Below, one piece after another: positions 1 through 5,973 of a DNA stretch of 64,000 nt (positions are counted from its first letter, which is position 1; each line of letters starts with the position of its first letter). Source of the stretch: a virus; the IMG/VR virus record IMGVR_UViG_3300005573_000052. The stretch is one strand, 5' to 3'. The translations under genes were made by a program, and so were the position numbers. The notes beneath the pieces are model-generated. The model saw only the letters and a program-made list of their open reading frames with translations. It searched no databases and was not told the DNA's origin.

Positions 1-407
1 TCGGCGCAGTTGCGCGAACAGGGGTATTGCGGCGTGGCGAGTTGGTCCAAGATGGATAAAGCCATTGCGACCAATTCACCCACGGCGGAGGGTCTCTCCG
101 ACAAGCTCACCTAAGAACCATTCTTAGCCAAACTTTTCAAGACCCGCCCAAAGCCTAGCAGCCAAAGCGGGTTTTTTCTTTGACATATCACATAACTCGG
201 GTAGGCACTCCCCGAGACTAAAGAACTAGAGTCACCGCAGCCGGGCGAGAGCTATGTCCTTGAATCTCGCTTTACCCCACGGGAGGGCGCTATCCCGCGA
301 CTTTTGCCTGCTTTCCACTACGAGAGCAAGGGTTTCAGAGTAAACGATACGATTGCAGGGGAGAGTGGTTTGGTAAGCAAAACCCAAAGACCTCCCCTTT
401 ATTTTCT

Positions 408-479
408 GGCCCATTCGATAATCAGCTATGTCGGCGTGTTTTCACCACGCAGTAGGGAGGGCGGCACTCCCATGGGCTA
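408..479 (+). tRNA. tRNA-Glu(TTC)
   Basis: GGCCCAT/ATGGGCT acceptor; GCGTG-TT TTC AC-CACGC; T-loop GGCGGCA. Confidence 0.8.
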
Positions 480-480
480 A

Positions 481-555
481 GCCTCAGAGATGTTGACAGA
501 TGCATGTCAGTCCGCCAGACTGAATGACCCGGAGCGTTGCCGGGCTGGGGCACCA
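481..555 (+). tRNA. tRNA-Gly(GCC)
   Basis: GCCTCAG/CTGGGGC ACCA; TCAGT-CC GCC AG-ACTGA. Confidence 0.85.
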
Positions 556-561
556 ATTTAT

Positions 562-641
562 CCCTCGTTAGCTCAGTCGGGTTAAGAGCAGCCCGCTTTT
601 AACGGGTAGGTCGCGTTGTTCCCAACACGCACGGGGGACCA
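562..641 (+). tRNA. tRNA-Lys(TTT)
   Basis: GCTC/GAGC D stem; CCCG-CT TTT AA-CGGG; ACCA end. Confidence 0.85.
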
Positions 642-709
642 TTCCTGTTAGACAGATTTCGGACCAGCGGTCCATAAACCTCTAACGACTGGGTGTATAT
701 TACGGCGAC

Positions 710-1708
710 ATGTCCAACAAACGTCGCACAAGCGCCATATGGCAAATGCCATCAGATCAGTTCAAGACCATCGTTGCTCAGAGTTTTACTCTGACAGAGG
801 TTCTTTCGCATTTCTCAATGCGCAACGTAGGTAGTAACAATCTCACCCTCAAGCGTCGCATCAAGGAGGAAGGAGTAGACATCTCTCATTTTAGACGAAA
901 GGGTGGTGGTCGAAAGGGTCCGCGAGGCATGACACTCGAAGAGTGTATGTCCACCGTATTTATCGAAGGAAAGGTGGGATGTAAAAGCTCCGTGAGGCGT
1001 TACCTGAGAAGGTTCAAGTTGGTAGAAGAAAAATGTGCCATATGCTCACTGGGGCTAGAATGGAACGGCCAACCTCTTACACTTCAATTGGATCATATTA
1101 GTGGAGATTCTACGGACGACAGAGTGGAAAACTTGCGTTGGATATGTCCCAACTGCCACAGCCAGACAGATACCTACACCGGTAAGGCGAACAAAGGCCG
1201 GGTAGGGGCTAAAATCTTTTCACTTCCTAAAAGGACCGTTCCCACTGCCAACGAAACTTTGGTTATTACCGACAACGGAGAGACAAACATAGTCAAACGG
1301 GCTTCAATGACACGGGCCGAGATTAACGCCAAACACCGTAGCCATTGGCCATCCAAGGAGACATTGAGTGCCAAGGTATGGGAGAAGCCTCTCACTCACC
1401 TGAAAGACGAGTTTGGGTTCAAATCTATTACCTCGTTAAAGCAAATGATCAAGTTGTATCAAATACAAGCACCTCCTGTCGGATTCTGGGCTCGTTTGAA
1501 AGCCGGTTGGTCACGCGACCAAGCTATCAACCCTCCCACGCAGGCTCCGAAAAGATGCCTTCGTAAATTCACTGACGATCAAGTGCGTGAAATTCGCTCT
1601 CGCCTCGATAAAGGAGACAAACCGGCGGCTCTGGCTAGGGCCTATGGATGTAGCCACAAGACGATGCGAGATATACGAGACCGTCAACGATACGTTTCCG
1701 TCGTCTAA
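710..1708 (+). CDS. HNH homing endonuclease with C-terminal HTH
   Basis: CAIC...LQLDHISG...NLRWICPNCHSQT motif; inserted in tRNA array; GGTGTATA upstream. Confidence 0.85.
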   Translation: MSNKRRTSAIWQMPSDQFKTIVAQSFTLTEVLSHFSMRNVGSNNLTLKRRIKEEGVDISHFRRKGGGRKGPRGMTLEECMSTVFIEGKVGCKSSVRRYLRRFKLVEEKCAICSLGLEWNGQPLTLQLDHISGDSTDDRVENLRWICPNCHSQTDTYTGKANKGRVGAKIFSLPKRTVPTANETLVITDNGETNIVKRASMTRAEINAKHRSHWPSKETLSAKVWEKPLTHLKDEFGFKSITSLKQMIKLYQIQAPPVGFWARLKAGWSRDQAINPPTQAPKRCLRKFTDDQVREIRSRLDKGDKPAALARAYGCSHKTMRDIRDRQRYVSVV

Positions 1709-1772
1709 TCTTTCCAGTCCCGGAGGCCATTCCTAGCGCGACCTTTCCAAGGCGTGATGAATCCCGAGTTTT

Positions 1773-1846
1773 GACGGATTAGCCAAGCGGCGAGGCCACC
1801 CTCTGCAAAAGGGTTCAGACCAGTTCGACTCTGGTATCCGTCTCCA
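1773..1846 (+). tRNA. tRNA-Cys(GCA)
   Basis: GACGGAT/ATCCGTC TCCA; CT GCA AA loop; TTCGACT T-loop. Confidence 0.95.
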
Positions 1847-1938
1847 CCTTTCCCCCTCCGTAAGATGTCCCTTAGCAGGGTTTAAGATACGGCGTGCGTG
1901 CTGACAAGGCAAAGCGCAAGGGATGCGAGGAAAATTTT

Positions 1939-2018
1939 GGGGCACGGGGCTGCTTGGCGTGGCCACCTCTTTTGCACAGAGGTTAATCAGCAGGTTTCGA
2001 TCATCTGGTGCTCCACCA
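1939..2018 (+). tRNA. tRNA-Ala(TGC)
   Basis: GGGGCAC/GTGCTCC ACCA with G3:U70; CCTCT-TT TGC AC-AGAGG. Confidence 0.9.
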
Positions 2019-2024
2019 ATTTAT

Positions 2025-2135
2025 GCGGCCTCGGATAAACGGGGTTCCATGGTAGCTTGAAGCGGGGGTGCACTCCTGCCATTGGCCATGAGAGCCGTTA
2101 CGTCCGGCATGGGTGAAAATCCTTGAGTCCGCCCA
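2025..2135 (+). ncRNA. Atypical tRNA-like RNA with long internal stem
   Basis: GCGGCCTC/GAGTCCGC ends plus CCA, T-like loop TGAAAAT, internal CATGG/CCATG stem; no clear anticodon arm. Confidence 0.4.
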
Positions 2136-2140
2136 ATTTA

Positions 2141-2215
2141 GCCTCAGAGATGTTGATGGACACATGCGAGTTTTCCAAACTTGACTACTCGGATCGTTAC
2201 CGGGCTGGGGCACCA
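2141..2215 (+). tRNA. tRNA-Gly(TCC)
   Basis: Paralogue of 481-555; CGAGT-TT TCC AA-ACTTG. Confidence 0.9.
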
Positions 2216-2216
2216 T

Positions 2217-2302
2217 CGTGTATTAGACCGTTAAAGACGCGGGGCAGATTGTAAACCTGTCGCCTTCGGGCCGACTCAGAGCGTTACTGAGATACACGAC
2301 CA
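2217..2302 (+). tRNA. tRNA-Tyr(GTA)
   Basis: CGTGTAT/ATACACG ACCA; TT GTA AA loop; long variable arm. Confidence 0.85.
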
Positions 2303-2308
2303 TTTCAC

Positions 2309-2381
2309 TGGCAGATAGCTTAAGTAGTGAAGCCCGCGATTGATAATCGCGAGAGTATCAGTGCAAATCTGATTCTGCCAA
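2309..2381 (+). tRNA. tRNA-Ile(GAT)
   Basis: TGGCAGA/TCTGCCA; CGCGA-TT GAT AA-TCGCG; CCA not encoded. Confidence 0.9.
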
Positions 2382-2390
2382 ATTTTCCAC

Positions 2391-2464
2391 AGGACCGACA
2401 GGTATGTTATCGGCGAGCACTCCAAACGCTACGCGAGTTAGTTAAATTCTAACCGGTCCTGCCA
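2391..2464 (+). tRNA. tRNA-Trp(CCA)
   Basis: AGGACCG/CGGTCCT GCCA; CT CCA AA loop. Confidence 0.75.
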
Positions 2465-2465
2465 T

Positions 2466-2537
2466 GGAGTCCGGTCTAGTGGCCAGTTTCCCCTGAAGAG
2501 GGAGACGGACGCGATGCGATCTCGCGGGGCTCCACCA
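2466..2537 (+). tRNA. tRNA-Phe(GAA)
   Basis: GGAGTCC/GGGCTCC ACCA; TTCCC-CT GAA GA-GGGAG. Confidence 0.8.
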
Positions 2538-2545
2538 TTTTACGT

Positions 2546-2628
2546 TGCAGTCACAAGCCGAATGACGCTGAGGGTCTTCATACGTCCCGCGAAAGCTATG
2601 CCGAGTGAAACTCTCGGGGCTGCATCCA
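2546..2628 (+). tRNA. tRNA-Met/Ile2(CAT) with extended variable arm
   Basis: TGCAGTC/GGCTGCA TCCA; GGGTC-TT CAT AC-GTCCC. Confidence 0.7.
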
Positions 2629-2633
2629 ACTTT

Positions 2634-2708
2634 CACTCCGTGGGACATTGGTTGTCCGCCAGTTTTGGGAACTGGATCAAGTGTGTCCGATTCACACCGG
2701 GGTGACCA
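2634..2708 (+). tRNA. tRNA-Pro(TGG), 8-nt anticodon loop
   Basis: C1:G72 and A73 (Pro identity); CCAGT-TTTTGGGA-ACTGG. Confidence 0.7.
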
Positions 2709-2786
2709 TCTTGAGGGAAACGCGGGTTCAACCCCCGCCGGGGCCACGGGGCCTCGTCGTCTAGACAGGTTAAGAAACCCTCTAAC
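2709..2786 (+). ncRNA. Circularly permuted tRNA mimic (3' half precedes 5' half)
   Basis: GAGGG, AAAC, T-arm GCGGG-TTCAACC-CCCGC, acceptor hairpin CGGGGCC-ACGG-GGCCTCG, D-arm, CCCTC. Confidence 0.75.
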
Positions 2787-2792
2787 TTTTTT

Positions 2793-2870
2793 GGCGCGTT
2801 AGCTCAGTCCATTCAGAGCAGCCCGTTGTCTGCGGGAAGGCCATGGGAGAGAAGCCCATACGCGCCGCCA
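2793..2870 (+). tRNA. tRNA-Asp(GTC)
   Basis: GGCGCGT/ACGCGCC GCCA; CCCG-TT GTC TG-CGGG. Confidence 0.9.
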
Positions 2871-2874
2871 TTTT

Positions 2875-3032
2875 CTCCTGTGTCCGTCTGATTATCCCGT
2901 GCGTAGGGACTCAGCGCTAGTTGACAGCAACGCCACCGCTTTGTGGCTTAGGCTTAGCTAAACCCAATGCGTCCCGTAGTAGGTGAAAATTAGCTCTCAT
3001 CGCCCGGGCTACGCGATTGGTAGACACAGGAG
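2875..3032 (+). ncRNA. Unknown structured RNA of about 158 nt
   Basis: Perfect 10-bp terminal stem CTCCTGTGTC/GACACAGGAG; inner GCGTAG/CTACGC and GGGAC/GTCCC pairings. Confidence 0.55.
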
Positions 3033-3046
3033 GATTCATTTCGTTT

Positions 3047-3135
3047 GGGGGATTAGCTCAGTTGATTAGAGCGCTTCGTTTACACCGAAGAGGCCGAATA
3101 GGTTCACGCGGGTTTGAATCCTGCATCCCTCACCA
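3047..3135 (+). tRNA. tRNA-Val(TAC), long variable arm
   Basis: CTTCG-TT TAC AC-CGAAG; ACCA. Confidence 0.9.
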
Positions 3136-3141
3136 TTTTAT

Positions 3142-3238
3142 TGCTCAGACCCAGATGGCATGTTAGCTGGCTTCGACTGTTAATCGAATGCGGGGAGATA
3201 GTCTCAAACCAACGGTGGGGCGGCACCACCCTGAGCAG
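3142..3238 (+). tRNA. tRNA-Asn(GTT), long variable arm
   Basis: TGCTCAG/CTGAGCA; TTCGA-CT GTT AA-TCGAA. Confidence 0.85.
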
Positions 3239-3239
3239 C

Positions 3240-3315
3240 GGGAGACGAATCGTCTAGTGACGATGTTTGCACGACACGCAAAATCAGTAGGGTGCAATCC
3301 CCTAGTCTCCCACCA
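3240..3315 (+). tRNA. tRNA-Val(GAC)
   Basis: GGGAGAC/GTCTCCC ACCA; TTTGC-AC GAC AC-GCAAA. Confidence 0.85.
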
Positions 3316-3321
3316 TTTTAC

Positions 3322-3400
3322 CGGTCTGTAGGGTAGCCTGCCTTATCCCGCTTGCATGGGGTGCAAGAAATCGCCAGTTGAAATCTGGCCAGACCGACCA
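3322..3400 (+). tRNA. tRNA-Pro(GGG)
   Basis: CGGTCTG/CAGACCG ACCA; CTTGC-AT GGG GT-GCAAG. Confidence 0.9.
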
Positions 3401-3406
3401 TTTTAT

Positions 3407-3483
3407 CAGCACGTAGCTCAGCCTAGCAGAGCGATTGCCTCGGGTGCAATAGGTCGGGGATGCGATTTCCTCCGTGCTGACCA
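3407..3483 (+). tRNA. tRNA-Pro(CGG)
   Basis: CAGCACG/CGTGCTG ACCA; ATTGC-CT CGG GT-GCAAT. Confidence 0.92.
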
Positions 3484-3644
3484 TTTCCGGGCTCGCAAGG
3501 GTCCGTTGTCATTCCACCTACGATGCAGCTTTACCGCTGACGCAACCGGAGGCAACAACGGAATGCACTTCCAGTGTCGTCCAAGCCTCGATAGGCGGCA
3601 CTCGAACAGGCAGGATACTACTGCGGGAGTCGTAGACATTTTTT

Positions 3645-3890
3645 GGGCCGTCAGTCGGCGCGCAACGGGGACAAACCCACCGGTAATCAACCCGGTCGCG
3701 ACCGGCACTAGCGAGCCGTGCGATTGCCTACGGGAGCGCGCGGAGAGGATGCGATTTCCTCGCGGTCCACTTTTGTTTTACCGTGCTGAAGTTCAGCGTA
3801 AGGCCCGGGTTGATCACCGGGAGATAACGCGAGGAGAACACTCCCCGGAAGGAGAAGGTAGGAGGTGAAATACCTCTCGGCACGACCAAT
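3645..3890 (+). ncRNA. Pair of tRNA-like RNAs with mutually complementary internal segments
   Basis: Unit A GGGCCGT/GCGGTCC plus T-arm GAGGA-TGCGATT-TCCTC; unit B CGTGCTG/CGGCACG ACCA plus T-arm GGAGG-TGAAATA-CCTCT; CCGGTAATCAACCCGG in A is complementary to CCGGGTTGATCACCGG in B. Confidence 0.55.
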
Positions 3891-3949
3891 TCCGCGCTCA
3901 TTCTGGAAAGTCTGTAAAGCCGACGCGGGCAAAGTATCGGCGCTTTCAT

Positions 3950-4026
3950 GGTCCTCTGATGTAAATGGATAAGCATACCGCCCTTTGAAGGCGAGAGTCA
4001 CGTTTGCCAAGCGTGGGGGACTGCCA
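3950..4026 (+). tRNA. tRNA-Gln(TTG)
   Basis: GGTCCTC/GGGGACT GCCA; CT TTG AA loop. Confidence 0.85.
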
Positions 4027-4033
4027 ATTTTAC

Positions 4034-4109
4034 TGCTCCGTGGGATAACATCTAGTCCACACCCCTCTGAAGGGTCGAGGCGTCCGTGAGACTCGGGCCG
4101 GGGCAGCCA
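4034..4109 (+). tRNA. tRNA-Gln(CTG)
   Basis: TGCTCCG/CGGGGCA GCCA; CT CTG AA loop. Confidence 0.88.
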
Positions 4110-4113
4110 TTTT

Positions 4114-4189
4114 GGGCCGTTAGCTCATTCAGCAGAGTATCGCTATGGCATAGCGGAGGTGGGGAGAGCAAAGCTCCCACGGTCCACCA
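4114..4189 (+). tRNA. tRNA-Ala(GGC)
   Basis: GGGCCGT/ACGGTCC ACCA, G3:U70; TCGCT-AT GGC AT-AGCGG. Confidence 0.88.
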
Positions 4190-4451
4190 ATTTCAAGCAG
4201 GAGAGCGTTCGCGGCAGAGATTGCTACGGCCATCTGTCGAGGAAGTTCGCGCCAGAAAAGAAGCCGACTGGGAGGGTGGCTTGGCTTGACCGCCGTCATT
4301 CTTACCGATGACCACCACCCGCCAACACCACATGGTATCTGCAACCCGAAAGCGCCCGAGGGTAGTTCTTCCCGCCAGCAGGGCATGGTTGGGGCTCAGA
4401 CAAATGAACGCATGAAACAGAAGCGCGGCTACGTCCACTTGAAAATTTTAC

Positions 4452-4538
4452 GGATCGGTCCCTATAGCAGCGATTAGCCCTGACTCTTAATCAGGTTGGC
4501 GAAAGCCTACGACGTGGGTGCGAGTCCCACCCGGTCCA
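4452..4538 (+). tRNA. tRNA-Lys(CTT), long variable arm
   Basis: GGATCGG/CCGGTCC; CTGA-CT CTT AA-TCAG. Confidence 0.85.
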
Positions 4539-4539
4539 C

Positions 4540-4613
4540 GGTAGAGACAGCAAGAGCTGAGGACGGTTTCATAAGCCGTGCCGAGTAGGTTGCAATTACC
4601 TCCTCTACCACCA
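4540..4613 (+). tRNA. tRNA-Met/Ile2(CAT)
   Basis: GGTAGAG/CTCTACC ACCA; ACGGT-TT CAT AA-GCCGT. Confidence 0.8.
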
Positions 4614-4617
4614 TTTT

Positions 4618-4693
4618 GCTGACCAAGCATAGACAGCGATGCACCACATTGGTAATGTGGATATGATGGGCGCACATCCCATGGTCAGCTCCA
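4618..4693 (+). tRNA. tRNA-Thr(GGT)
   Basis: GCTGACC/GGTCAGC TCCA; CCACA-TT GGT AA-TGTGG. Confidence 0.92.
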
Positions 4694-4699
4694 TTTTTG

Positions 4700-4785
4700 G
4701 GGTTGTGGCGTAACTGGATAGCCGTGCGAGGTCGAGAGCCTCGTGGTCGTGAGACCGTAGGGGTCCGAGTCCCCTCTTCCCCACC
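4700..4785 (+). tRNA. tRNA-Leu(GAG)
   Basis: CGAGG-TC GAG AG-CCTCG; variable arm; ACCA. Confidence 0.8.
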
Positions 4786-4791
4786 ATTTTC

Positions 4792-4866
4792 GGGCGTATG
4801 ACGTAACTGGATAACCGTGCTGAGTTTAGACCTCAGATTTTGCAGGTCCGAGTCCTGCTACGCCTA
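4792..4866 (+). tRNA. tRNA-Leu(TAG), short variable region
   Basis: GGGCGTA/TACGCCT; CTGAG-TT TAG AC-CTCAG. Confidence 0.85.
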
Positions 4867-4867
4867 C

Positions 4868-4942
4868 GGGGTCATCGAATAAGAGTAGTTCACCAGATTC
4901 TCAATCTGGAAATCGGAGTGCGTTGGCTCCGTGGCCCCACCA
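4868..4942 (+). tRNA. tRNA-Glu(CTC)
   Basis: GGGGTCA/TGGCCCC ACCA; CCAGA-TT CTC AA-TCTGG. Confidence 0.9.
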
Positions 4943-4947
4943 ATTTA

Positions 4948-5030
4948 CGGCTAGTGGATAAGGGAAACTGGTTACAACCGCGAAACTTAAAATTTCGTAT
5001 CCGCTGTGGGTCCGAATCCCACCTAGCCGA
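4948..5030 (+). tRNA. tRNA-Leu(TAA)
   Basis: CGGCTAG/CTAGCCG; CGAAA-CT TAA AA-TTTCG. Confidence 0.85.
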
Positions 5031-5035
5031 CTTTC

Positions 5036-5127
5036 GGGCGTATGGTGTAACAGAAACACGGAGGTCTCAAAAGCCTCTTTTGGGGCTCGCCCCCATATTT
5101 ACGGAGCATTGCCGTATACGCCCACCA
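5036..5127 (+). tRNA. tRNA-Leu(CAA)
   Basis: GGGCGTA/TACGCCC ACCA; GAGGT-CT CAA AA-GCCTC. Confidence 0.9.
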
Positions 5128-5132
5128 TCTTT

Positions 5133-5269
5133 CAGCGGTAGCATATCGGTCAATGCTGTCCTCGCAACATGGGACTAGTCTGCCCAGCCTCCAAAGGCCA
5201 CGGATTAAGGTTGGGCAGAGAGACGCCCGCAAAGAGCGTTGAAGTGGGGTTCAAATCCCCTCACGCTGA
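5133..5269 (+). ncRNA. tRNA-like RNA with two extra hairpins in the variable region
   Basis: CAGCG/CGCTG ends, D-arm AGCAT/ATGCT, TTCAAAT T-arm, long CTGCCCAGCC/GGTTGGGCAG hairpin; anticodon ambiguous. Confidence 0.5.
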
Positions 5270-5350
5270 ATTCACCTATAGGGTTGACGGGCGGTAGCGC
5301 AGTTTGGCGACACCGGGTCGCTCGCAAACTGCTCCGATACCCTCCTTTTC

Positions 5351-5425
5351 GCGCATGTAGCTCAAAGGAAGAGCAGAGGACTCATAATCCTTTGGTTGAG
5401 ATGTCGGAATTCTCCGTGCGCACCA
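5351..5425 (+). tRNA. tRNA-Met/Ile2(CAT)
   Basis: GCGCATG/CGTGCGC ACCA; GAGGA-CT CAT AA-TCCTT. Confidence 0.9.
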
Positions 5426-5429
5426 TTTT

Positions 5430-5507
5430 GGTTCCTACTCCTAGATCAGCGAGGACCTCGACTCGTAATCGAGAACTGAGGCGGCTGCGATGCCGCAGGA
5501 ACCTCCA
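5430..5507 (+). tRNA. tRNA-Thr(CGT)
   Basis: GGTTCCT/AGGAACC TCCA; CTCGA-CT CGT AA-TCGAG. Confidence 0.82.
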
Positions 5508-5526
5508 TCTTTTTTTACTTTTTCAC

Positions 5527-5556
5527 TTGACACCGGCCACCCAATCGGGCTATGGT
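5527..5556 (+). promoter_or_regulatory. Sigma70-type promoter for the Y RNA-Ro60 unit
   Basis: TTGACA-N18-TATGGT, 28 nt before the first Y RNA. Confidence 0.7.
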
Positions 5557-5583
5557 ATCCGTGTTCATTCTCACTTTCCCTTT

Positions 5584-5662
5584 TGCCGTGGTGCCAGACG
5601 ACCAGTTCCTCGCTGTAATCGACCGGACGAAAGTCCACTCTGGTCGTCGCCTGTTCCCGGCA
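5584..5662 (+). ncRNA. Y RNA 1 (minimal)
   Basis: TGCCG/CGGCA terminal stem; shared motif TGGTGCCAGA / TCGCCTGTTCC; GACGACCA/TGGTCGTC stem; next to Ro60. Confidence 0.75.
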
Positions 5663-5670
5663 GTTATTTT

Positions 5671-5758
5671 TCTGCGATGGCGTCAGATGACGGTTACTTC
5701 TTCAATCCATAACTGAATCGCCCGCAAGGGCTAACCGTTCTCGCTTGTTCCTCGCAGA
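5671..5758 (+). ncRNA. Y RNA 2
   Basis: TCTGCGA/TCGCAGA; TGGCGTCAGA / TCGCTTGTTCC; ACGGTTA/TAACCGT. Confidence 0.78.
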
Positions 5759-5772
5759 TTCTCTTTCTCACT

Positions 5773-5922
5773 TTTGGAGTGGCGTAGAGCTAACCAGTTC
5801 CTCGAATACGGATCGAGAGGTCGGGGTTCAAATCCCCGGTGTCGCTTCGGCGACACTAGTGTAACGGTAGCACGCTTAGTGGTCGCAAGGCCACGCTCTG
5901 GTGCTCGCTTGTTCCCTCCAAA
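5773..5922 (+). ncRNA. yrlA: Y RNA 3, YrlA-like with permuted tRNA domain
   Basis: TTTGGAG/CTCCAAA; TGGCGTAGA / TCGCTTGTTCC; T-arm CGGGG-TTCAAAT-CCCCG, then closed acceptor GTGTCGC-TTCG-GCGACAC, then D-arm GTGT-AACGGTA-GCAC. Confidence 0.85.
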
Positions 5923-5973
5923 TTCATTTCCTCGTTGCGCAGCAATTACGCCGCCGACGATGGCACTAGACCC

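Noticed and set aside
180-210. TTGACA at 180, 9663, 25942 and 33778 as full promoters
   Set aside because: No convincing -10 box at 17-18 nt, so they were not counted in the N18 class.
3645-3890. Canonical tmRNA call
   Set aside because: Too short, no tag reading frame or TTCG T-loop. Kept only as an atypical RNA.
4270-4357. Possible ochre suppressor (TTA) tRNA or stop-codon recoding
   Set aside because: The loop is 8 nt with no T-arm, and long ORFs read normally in the standard code with TAA, TAG and TGA all used as stops.
1733-5712. Many 60-170 aa ORFs over the tRNA array
   Set aside because: They overlap tRNA cloverleafs and are translations of RNA genes.
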